From NCBI RefSeq assembly GCF_004010195.1, contig NC_057718.1, forward strand, positions 102,346,079 through 102,366,924: DNA of 20,846 bases, in the 5' to 3' direction. Positions 13,159 through 20,846 of this stretch are shown here, in pieces; within the stretch, counting starts at the first letter, position 1; the number at the start of each line of letters is the position of its first letter. Under the pieces are notes generated by a model that did no database searches, was not told the DNA's origin, and saw only the letters and a list, made by a program, of their open reading frames with translations. This stretch comes from Chiloscyllium plagiosum (lineage: Eukaryota). The position numbers and the translations under genes were made by a program.

Positions 13159-13376
13159 AATGTGTTGCTGGAAAAGCGCAGCAGGTCAGGCAGCATCCAG
13201 GGAACAGGAGAATCGACGTTTCGGGCATAAGCCCTTCTTCAGCCATTCCTGAAGAAGGGCTTATGCCCGAAACGTCGATTCTCCTGTTCCCTGGATGCTG
13301 CCTGACCTGCTGCGCTTTTCCAGCAACACATTTTCAGCTCTGATCTCCAGCATCTGCAGACCTCACTTTCTCCTCC
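13159..13376. mobile_element. Young non-autonomous Penelope-like fold-back insert
   Basis: Perfect 84-bp inverted arms (13159-13242 and 13249-13332) with a 6-nt spacer and an unpaired tail to 13376. Flanked by the identical 14-bp direct repeat TTCTTCTAGTTTAT (13145-13158, 13377-13390). Penelope assignment is inferred from the inverted architecture and hammerhead core. Confidence 0.85.
13245..13280 (+). ncRNA. Minimal type I hammerhead ribozyme-like motif (mirror copy on the minus strand at 13215-13242)
   Basis: CTGAAGA-A-GGGC(TTAT)GCCC-GAAAC-GTC: CUGANGA box, 4-bp helix II, GAAA box, palindromic ACGU helix III and a GUC cleavage triplet. Helix I (ATTC/GATT) has a mismatch. Activity is not shown. 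Confidence 0.6.
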
Positions 13377-13419
13377 TTCTTCTAGTTTATGTCTTGCCCA
13401 CAAAGGGAAACATCTGTAA

Positions 13420-14611
13420 AACTTAAAAGGGTTCAGAGAAGATTTACAAGGATGTTGCCAGGTGTTATGACACGGGATAAACCCTCTTTCTTATTTTAAA
13501 ACCAGCAACACAGCAAAGATTTATCCCGCGCAGTAATCTGTAAATACTTGAGTTGCCAAGAACTATTTAAAGTAAAACTTACCAACTTTATTTCTTTCAG
13601 TATAACAGAAAATAATTAACTAATAACTATTTATCATTTCTTCCTCTAACTTATCTTTTACCTTCCCTTCTATAATACTAATGTGATAAAACTCCCAATT
13701 AAAAATTTACAAAACTACACTTCTTATCTCAAAACCAGGCAACTTTCGTTCTTCTATTTGGATCTCCTGTGTCTTCTTTCCTTTTTCTTAGGAATTTCTG
13801 TGTCACAGGTTATTGATCGAAAAGGTCCTTTTAAGAGAGCTATTTTTTGAGCAGTTTTTTACAGGCTGGGCTTGGCAGTTCTCCTCCCAACTGTTCAATT
13901 ATCCCCAATCTTATACCCCCAAAGCATCAGATTCTGTCATTGGCTTTTAAGATTGTCAATATATTCAATTCAAACTGGAGTAGAGTTTGATATTTTTCAG
14001 GGTATAATTTAAACTAATTGGCCAAATTCAAATTTGTTTTTGTCTCCAGGCAATGAACTAATCGAGTTGCTCCACCAGTGTTACATTGTTACCTTATTGA
14101 GAACACTTGGTGCTGTGTCCAGTAGTTCTGCTGCTTTTAACTCTTTTAAAGTATACGCATATCTTCACAACACAGAGTTGGAGGATTTGAGCCAAAGGGA
14201 GAGGTTGAATAGGCTGGGGCTGTTTTCCTGGAGCATCGGAGGCTGAGGGGTGACCTTATAGAGGTTTACAAGATCATGAGGAGCATGGATAGGGTAAAAA
14301 GACAAAGTATTTTCTCTGGGGTGGGAGAGTCCAAAACTAGAGAGCATAGGTTTAGGGTGAGAGGGGAAAGATTTAAAAGAGACCTAAGGGGCAACCTTTT
14401 TCACAGAGATGGTGGTATGTGTATGGAATGAGCTGCCAGAGGAAGTGGTGGAGGCTGGTACAATTGCAACATTTAAAAGGAATCTGGATGGGCATATGAA
14501 TATGGGCCTGGTGCTGGCAAGTGGGACTAGATTAGGTTGGGATATCTGGTCAGCATGGACGAGTTGGACCGAAGGATCTGTTTCCATGTTGTACATCTCT
14601 ATGACTCTATC
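13420..14611 (+). mobile_element. CR1/HER1 LINE 3' fragment split by the solo LTR (13420-13462 + 14173-14611)
   Basis: RERLNRLGLFS and VWNELPEEVVEAGT remnants, with tail ctctatgactctat. Confidence 0.88.
13463..14172 (-). mobile_element. Probable solo LTR (710 bp)
   Basis: TG...CA ends with a short terminal inverted repeat (TGTTATGA / TCACAACA). 4-bp flanks CAGG/CAGA. Cleanly interrupts a CR1 reading 'aggatgttgccagg|gttggagg'. Minus-strand TATAA (13911-13915) lies upstream of AATAAA (13587-13592). Confidence 0.7.
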
Positions 14612-15860
14612 CTTTCAGCATCCACCAGTCAAGTGCCCTACTTTGCTGTGCACTGTTAGCAATCATGGCCTTCAACTCGGTCAAAAGCCTGGAAATCTCT
14701 TCCCATTAGCACATGACTGCTGCAGCAGTACAAGACAGCAGCTCAGCACCATCTTTTCAAGTGCAATTAGATGTCTGTATGAACAAAATAAACAGAAACT
14801 GCTGCAACCCTAAGTTCTGCAATTCTCTCCCTTGTCCTTCTTCAACATCTACCTATTCTCAATCTGTCCTGAACCTCATGCCCCTCAATGTTACATCTGG
14901 TCTGACAACAGATCCCATGAAGTGTCTGAGAATACTTCACTATATTAATGACAATATATATGCAAGCTATTGCTGCAGTAGCACTATCTAAATGCAAGCT
15001 CTTGCCATAGCAAATATAAAGTTCTACTCAAATGTGGTTTAGATGTCAGTTGAAATGAATTTAAAATATGGCCTGGTTCAGAAGTAGTGTCTCTCTTTAC
15101 AAAATGATTGGGAACTAGCTGCCCTCTACCAGTAACCTGGTGCAAAACACCTTGCAGAACTTGATTTACATTCTAGCAAAGTATTCTCTTTCTCTTTCCC
15201 GAGTAATACCGAGATTTTAAATAAAAATCACACATAACAATTACAATATTTGTGGAAAAGATAGATCACTGACTTAATTAGACACAGGAAGAAATGTATT
15301 TGCAGGTTTAAATTTATCAGGGTTTAGTGCATTCTGCATAATAGATATCAAGGTCTAAAATGACAAACATACTTTTTTTAAAACACATTTTTGAGGATTA
15401 TAAATCAAAATTTCCTTCACCTCATGTTGGCAGCAATTGTAGCTAGTGTACATGTGTTCTAACTCCCCTTTTAGTTAATGGCCCACAGACATACTATCAA
15501 CTTGACCAAAGATAATATGTGGTCAGTATAATTGTCATTCTGCTGAAAATAAATAAGTTACAATTTTTAAATATTGGCAGAGACACCCACAAAAGCATAT
15601 AAAGAATTACATTTTCTGCAAATATCAATTGCGTGTTTTGGAACTAAATCCTTTGCTGTCACATTTAGATGATAAATTAGCATCAAAGCGATGAGCAGAA
15701 GTCCAAATAAATGTGACAAACTTTCAAAATGTCACTTTCATAAACAATAAACAAAAGATTGAATAATTATTCAAATAATCTACCACAGCATTAAATCTCA
15801 GTATTCAAAGCTGAAAAGTAAGCATGACTTTCTCAGCTCAAAGACTTGGATGCCAGCATA

Positions 15861-15967
15861 AAAATATGGCCTGGTTCCTGAAGAAGGACTTATGCCCGAA
15901 ACGTCGATTCTCCTGCTCCTCGGATGCTGCCTGGCCTGCTATGTTTTTCCAGCACCACATTTTTCAA
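15861..15967 (+). mobile_element. Third, single-arm copy of the Penelope-like family
   Basis: CTGAAGAAGGACTTATGCCCGAAACGTC at 15878-15905 followed by the family body. TSD-like ATGCCAGCATA / ATCCCAGTATA (15850-15860, 15968-15978). Confidence 0.75.
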
Positions 15968-16091
15968 ATCCCAGTATACTGTGTTGATGACAGAACACCC
16001 ACTTTTTGCCCTCCAGTATGCTGAGCCATTGTATGCATTGAGAAATTAATAGACCCATATTAACCTTTGTTCAACCTCATATTTCTTTCTA

Positions 16092-16250
16092 TTATTCATT
16101 CTTGGGAGTTGGGTATCGCCGGCTGGACCAGCACTCATTGTCCACTCCTAGTTGTTCTTGTGAAGGTGCCTTCTTGAACTGCTGAATCGGTACACCCACA
16201 GTGCTGTCAGGGAGGGATTTCCAGTTTTTTTTTGACCCAGTGACAGCGAA
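16092..16250 (-). mobile_element. Interspersed LINE-tail repeat, family not assigned
   Basis: Similar to 3836-3901 (gctggccagcatttattgcccatccctag) and, in the opposite orientation, to ~14680-14775 and the end of ~10165-10335. Confidence 0.55.
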
Positions 16251-16688
16251 AGTAAAGCTATCGGAACCAAGAGGTGCACATAAAATTGGCATAGTCAGAA
16301 TTTGTGAAACACTCTAATATGAATTGTGCTTTTGTTTTCACTAGGCCCATAAGGACTGATGCACTGTATATCTCAATATTGCAGAATAGGAACAGCGCCA
16401 CTAATGTTCCCATATGAATGTGGATTTAATAAAATCCAAAGTAACTTCTGTAGAAGCTAAGTCATAAAATGAAGCCAATCAACTGACACAGCACTGTTGT
16501 AATGCCGAGCCATCACAGAAATTGATGTAGGTTATAATCTACGACACCCAGTATTCCCAGACAGAACACCATTTAAGGACTAACTAGGCCCGACTCTGAT
16601 GCTTTAGAGATTAGATGGTTAATCTCACTAGTTATAAAGTATTATCTATATTTGCAGAAGTTTCACTATTAGATAGAAACCTACTCAC

Positions 16689-16760
16689 TGGTTTGATGCG
16701 CAACTTCCCATCGAGCACTTCCAGCAGACCATGATTCCTGGACACTCGTTTATCAGAAAC
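16689..16760 (-). CDS. APLF: APLF coding exon 2 (VSDKRVSRNHGLLEVLDGKLRIKP), FHA domain
   Basis: Acceptor tttcag|, donor CCA|GTGAGT, 72 nt, phase 0/0. Contains the FHA SRxH motif and resembles human ITDKRVSRRHAILEVAGGQLRIKP. Confidence 0.95.
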
Positions 16761-16905
16761 CTGAAATTGAAAGAATCCATCAAAAGAGTTACATATAATT
16801 ACCACAGCATTATACTTACCTATTTGAATGCTAAGATCCCTAATTGAAAATAAACTAAGAATAGTGTAAAGCAGAGCAGAACATTTGTTAGACAACTAAC
16901 TGTGT

Positions 16906-17202
16906 GGGCGGCACGGTGGCTAGCACTGCTGCCTCACAGCGCCAGAGACCTGGGTTCAATTCCCGACTCAGGCGACTGACTGGAGTTTGCACATTCTCCC
17001 CGTGTCTGTGTGGGTTTCCTCCGGGTGCTCCGGTTTCCTCCCACAGTCCAAAGATAACCAGGTCAGGTGAATTGGCCATGCTAAATTGCCCGTAGTGTTA
17101 GGAAAAGGGGTAAATGTAGGGGAATGGGTGGGTTACGCTTCGGCGGGTCGGTGTGGACTTGTTGGGCCGAAGGGCCGGTTTCCACACTGTAAGTAATCTA
17201 AT
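16906..17202 (+). mobile_element. HE1-type tRNA-derived elasmobranch SINE
   Basis: tRNA-like head GGGCGGCACGGTGGC with B box GGTTCAATTCC (16953-16963), central GGGTTTCCTCCGGGTGCTCCGGTTTCCTCCCACAGTCCAAAGA core, and CR1/HER1-like 3' tail TTGGGCCGAAGGGCC...TCCACACTGT. Confidence 0.85.
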
Positions 17203-17986
17203 TTTATCTAAAACAAGCACAGAAAATGCCATGAGAGGAGAGATGTGAAAAAGCAGAGAGATATGTGGGTTCAGTGATTGGCAGTGGTAATGCCCCATAA
17301 TTTGTCTCTGTTCTCTGGCCTTGTCTCTTTAAAATTGCAACACAGCCATCTTAAAGGGAATGCTGATTGCCCACACCACATTCCTAATTGCAGCAAAGCC
17401 CTTGGGTAATGTAGTGAGTAAATGGTAGACCTTTGGGCTGAAGAGCCTGTTCTATGCTGTATTATTCTAACCTACTGGAGATTTTTAGCCAAGAGAAAGG
17501 AAGAGTGAAGACTGACGAGACTGTCTTAAATTCAGCAACAATATGCTTGCAGTTTCCTCATCTGAGATGAGGGTGCAGGCAGAGGGCTTCAGGGAGACAA
17601 TTCATTGAAGACAGATGAAGCAGGGGGTTATCTTCACTTTCCATGATGATTCTGTAAGGAAAGCCCATTCTGACAATGACTGATGCTGTACAATCAGATT
17701 AGAACAAGAAACAGCAATGCCAATACGCATGCCTTAGACTGGAGAAGGATGGCAAAAACTGAAGTAAACTAGAGGGAACAATTAACATCAGAAACAGTGA
17801 TGTGTCTTCTACTGGTCAAATTTATGAAACAGAGTTCAGAATGACTGGGCAAATCAATGATTGCTGGTTTGTTAATTGTTGGCATCTGGCAACTGGGAGA
17901 GGTTTTTGTGTGTGCAACAAAGGAAATAGGATTGAAAGGGGTTAGTTATAATACGAAAAATAGAAAAAGTTCAGTGGGTTTAGTTT

Positions 17987-20045
17987 CATAAGAACTAAGA
18001 GCAGGAGTAGGCGGTCTGGTCATTCGAGCCTGCTCCGCCATTCAATAAGATCATGGCTGATCTTTTTATGGATTCAGATCCACATACCCGCCACTCTCAC
18101 CGTATCCCTTAATTCCTTTTATTAGTTAAAAAAAAACTATCTTAGCTTTAAAAATGTTTACTGAAGTAGTGTCAACTACTTCAGTGGGCAAGGAATTCCA
18201 TAGATTTACAACCCTCTGGGTGAACAAGTTCCTTCTCAATTCAGTCCTAATCTGCTTTCTCTAATTTTGAGGCTATGCACACTTGTCAGAGTTTCACCCA
18301 CCAGTGGAAACATCCTCTCTACTTCTACCTCATCTATTCCCTTCATTATTTTATATGTTTCCATAAGATTCCCCCCTCATTCTTCGGAATTCCAATGAAT
18401 ATAATCCCAGTTTACTCAGTTTCTCCTCATAAGCCAACCCCCCTCAACTCCCGAATCAACCTAGTGAACCTCCTCTGCACCCCATCCAGTGCATCCTTTA
18501 TCAAGTACGGAGACCAAAACTGTGCACAGTACTCCAGGTGTAGCCTCACCAGCACCCTGTACAGCTGCAACATAACCTCCCTGTTTTTAAACTCAATCCC
18601 TTTAGCAATGAGGGACAAAATTCTATTTCCCTTCCTAATTACTTGCTGTACATACAGACCAACCTTCTGTGATTCATGCACAAGGACACCCAGATCCCTC
18701 TGCATAGCAGCATGCTGCAAGTTTTTACCATTCAAGTAACTTTTTTTTATTTTTACTCCTATCAAAATGTATGACTTCACATTTATTAACATTGTATTCA
18801 AGCTGCCAGACCTTTGCCCACTCAAAGTATCTATATTCCTCTGCAAATTTTCAGTCCTCTGCAACTCATCTTAGTGTCATCTGCAAACTTTGACACTATA
18901 CATGTCCCCAGCTCCAAATAATTTACATAAATTGTGAATAATTGTGGCCCCAACACTGAATCCTGAGGCACACCACTTGTCACTGATTGCCAGGTAGAAG
19001 TGCACTCTTTCATCCCCACTCTTTGCTCCCTGTTAGTCAACAAATCTTCTATCCATGCTAATACTTTACCCATTATGCCATGCATCCTTATCTTACACAG
19101 CAGCTTCTTGTGTGGCACCTTGTCGAATGCCTTTTAGAAATCTAGGTGCATCACATTCACTGGGTCCCCGTTGTCCACCGTGCTCATAGTGCCTTTACAG
19201 AATTCCAAAAGATTTGTTAAACATGACCTGCCCTTCATGATCCCATGCTGTATCTTCCCAATGGGGCAATTTTTATTGAAATGCCTTGCTATTTCTTCCT
19301 TGACAATTGACTCACCATCTTCCCCACAACACAGGTTAAACTAACCAGTCTATAATTCGCCACCTTTTGTCTATCACCATTTTTAAACAGTGGGGTCACA
19401 TTTGCTGTTCTCCAATCTGCTGGGACTGCCCCAGAGTCCAGTGAATTTTAGAAAATTACCACCGGGTGCACGTGCTATTTCTCCCGCCATCTCTTTTCGT
19501 ACCCTGGGATGCAATCCATCAGAGCCAGGAGACTTGTCTGTCCTTAGCTCCATTAACTTGCCCAACACTACCTCCTCTGTAACAATGATTGTTTCCAGGT
19601 CCTCATCTACCTTCATCTCTGTCAGTTACTGGCCTGTTATTAGTGTTCTCCGCTGTGAGGACTGATACAAATACCGGTTCAATGCCTTGGCCATTTCATC
19701 ATTTCCCACAACTAAATGCCCCTTCTCATCCTCTAAAAGAGTTTTAGACACACTTTTTATTTTATATTAGCAAGTTTTGAGAAGATTTGTTACATATATT
19801 TTGTATATTTATAGAAACCTTTGCTATCTGTCTTTATACTCTGTGCTAGCTTTTTTTCTTCTCATGATCTCTAACTTTTCTTTATAGCTCTTCTTGTGGC
19901 TTTCTGTTGACCTTTAAAGTTTTCCCAATCTTCTAGTGTCGAGTTGTTTTTGGCCACTTAGTTAGTACGCCTTCTCTTTCAGTTTGATAACCTCACTTAG
20001 ACACCCCTGGCAGATTACCCTTTTTCTAGGAAGGGGTGCCCCCAG
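17987..20045 (-). mobile_element. ~2-kb CR1 LINE fragment, frameshifted ORF2
   Basis: DKSPGSDGLHPRV, SGVPQDSVLGPQLF, SKFADDTK and HLEYCAQFWSP spread over several frames. 3' tail at ~17987-18060. Confidence 0.93.
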
Positions 20046-20185
20046 GAAGTGGTGCGGGTTCGGAAACGGCGAGGGATGGGGGGGTGGAGGTTTGGAAGAC
20101 AGAGGGAGTGAGGGAGGGGACTGGGGCAGCTGCTGAGACGCATGGGGGTGCGGGAGGGAAGGAGGGAGTGTGGTAGGTCTCTCAC

Positions 20186-20269
20186 CCGGAGCAGAGGACC
20201 GCGGCCTACGGCGGTCAGGCCTCCCGCTAGAGCGATATTCCCGCTCCCGTCCTCTGGCTCCAGTTCCAT
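20186..20269 (-). CDS. APLF: APLF coding exon 1 (MELEPEDGSGNIALAGGLTAVGRGPLLR), start of FHA domain
   Basis: ATG at 20269 in strong Kozak context (aggATGG). Peptide resembles the APLF N-terminus (human FELQPRDGGPRVALAPGETVIGRGPLLG, from memory). Donor CGG|GTGAGA at 20185, phase 0. Lies in a CpG island. Confidence 0.9.
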
Positions 20270-20410
20270 CCTCCTCGCGTTCCTGGGAAGAAGCTCACAT
20301 TCCTCCCGCTGCTCTAAGGTGGCGCTCACCGTGCGGCCCCCCAACACAAACTGTCCCTCTGCTGGGACCGGGAGAAAGAAGAAGCGAGGAATACCGTCAG
20401 AACTCCCCTA

Positions 20411-20430
20411 AACTACAACACCCAGGATCC
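20411..20430 (+). promoter_or_regulatory. ZNF143/THAP11-type promoter motif (ACTACAnnTCCCA-like)
   Basis: AACTACAACACCCAGGATCC versus consensus ACTACAnnTCCCAGnATGC, two mismatches, ~140 bp upstream of the ATG. Confidence 0.55.
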
Positions 20431-20438
20431 TTCGCGCC

Positions 20439-20652
20439 CGGCTAACGGCCACCGGCCTCCGCGCGCCTGCGCCCTGCTGACGGCTAACGGCCGCCGGCCC
20501 CCGCGCGCCTGCGCCCTGCTGACGGCTAACGGCCGCCGGCCCCCCGCGCGCCTGCGCCCTGCTGACGGCTAACGGCCGCCGGCCCCCTGCGCCCTGCTGA
20601 CGGCTAACGGCCGCCGGCCTTCCGCGCGCCTGCGCCCTGCTGACGGCAACGG
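20439..20652. repeat. GC-rich minisatellite, 5 units of ~42 bp plus a partial unit
   Basis: Unit CGGCTAACGGCCGCCGGCCCCCGCGCGCCTGCGCCCTGCTGA. Units at 20439-20480 (42 bp), 20481-20522 (42), 20523-20565 (43), 20566-20600 (35) and 20601-20643 (43). Confidence 0.97.
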
Positions 20653-20768
20653 TTGGATGCCCCGTGCGGTGCGAATGCGGAAGCGGTGCGCGAGAGAGTG
20701 ACGTCGCAGAAAAACAAATATCAACGGCCGGAGATTTAAACCGAAAACAAACAAGATCAGAATAAAGT

Positions 20769-20816
20769 GAGAGAGGGAGAGAGAGAGAGAGAGAGAGTGG
20801 GAGTGAGAGTGAGAGT
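20769..20816. repeat. (GA)n microsatellite, imperfect
   Basis: Run of GA dinucleotides with GT/GG interruptions. Confidence 0.9.
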
Positions 20817-20846
20817 CAGTCAGAGGAGAACGAGGGCTCGGGGGTT

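Larger units (their letters stand above)
12885..13415 (-). mobile_element. Old CR1 3' fragment (begins ~11803-11839), interrupted by two Penelope-like inserts
   Basis: taggccatt...aagatcatggctgat tail homologous to 18007-18060. Sequence resumes after each TSD. Confidence 0.65.
20050..20745. promoter_or_regulatory. CpG island / APLF promoter and first exon
   Basis: Abrupt switch to high GC and dense CpG compared with the AT-rich, CpG-poor introns. Spans coding exon 1. Contains an ETS-like CGGAAG (20678-20683) and a CRE-like TGACGTCG (20699-20706). Confidence 0.85.

Noticed and set aside
13159..13332. Hairpin as a miRNA precursor or classical MITE
   Set aside because: The stem is perfect and repeat-derived. 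The TSD encloses an asymmetric tail, arm lengths vary between copies and TSDs are long and variable, unlike cut-and-paste MITEs.
14409..14991. 134-aa and 92-aa plus-strand ORFs
   Set aside because: Chimeric read-through of a CR1 end into other decayed repeat and intron sequence.
16906..16975. tRNA gene
   Set aside because: It is the tRNA-derived head of a SINE with a broken A box, continuing into SINE core and tail.
18275..19665. Long ORFs (154, 145, 95, 77 and 91 aa) as genes
   Set aside because: Frameshifted CR1 ORF2 pieces or their antisense frames; no intact RT.
20270..20347. 26-aa N-terminal extension of APLF shown in the ORF track
   Set aside because: Starts at a non-ATG codon and shows no APLF similarity. 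The ATG at 20269 has a strong Kozak context and aligns with the known N-terminus.
20142..20445. Plus-strand ORFs over exon 1
   Set aside because: Expected in stop-poor GC-rich sequence; no recognisable protein similarity.
20439..20652. Repeat array as a CRISPR-like locus
   Set aside because: Units are head-to-tail with no unique spacers, there are no cas genes, and the context is a vertebrate promoter.

Overview
Vertebrate genomic DNA, almost certainly from a shark or other elasmobranch, judged from an HE1-type tRNA SINE and dense CR1/HER1-type LINE remnants. The window holds the 5' half of APLF (aprataxin and PNKP-like factor) on the minus strand. Five coding exons (20186-20269, 16689-16760, 7260-7420, 5064-5271, 2624-2753) have GT-AG boundaries and matching phases and splice into 218 codons: an FHA domain, a linker and the Ku-binding motif RKRILPAWM. 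The gene continues beyond position 1. The promoter end is a CpG island with a ZNF143/THAP11-like motif and a five-copy ~42-bp GC-rich minisatellite built from MYB-like and NRF1-like sites. The introns contain decayed CR1/L2 LINEs, a solo LTR and a SINE. The most unusual signal is a family of short, target-site-duplicated, often fold-back Penelope-like inserts carrying a minimal hammerhead-ribozyme core. One is a perfect 84-bp inverted repeat with a perfect 14-bp TSD. Most ORFs in the supplied track are LINE debris or spurious. Repeat family names come from recall of consensus sequences, not from a database search.
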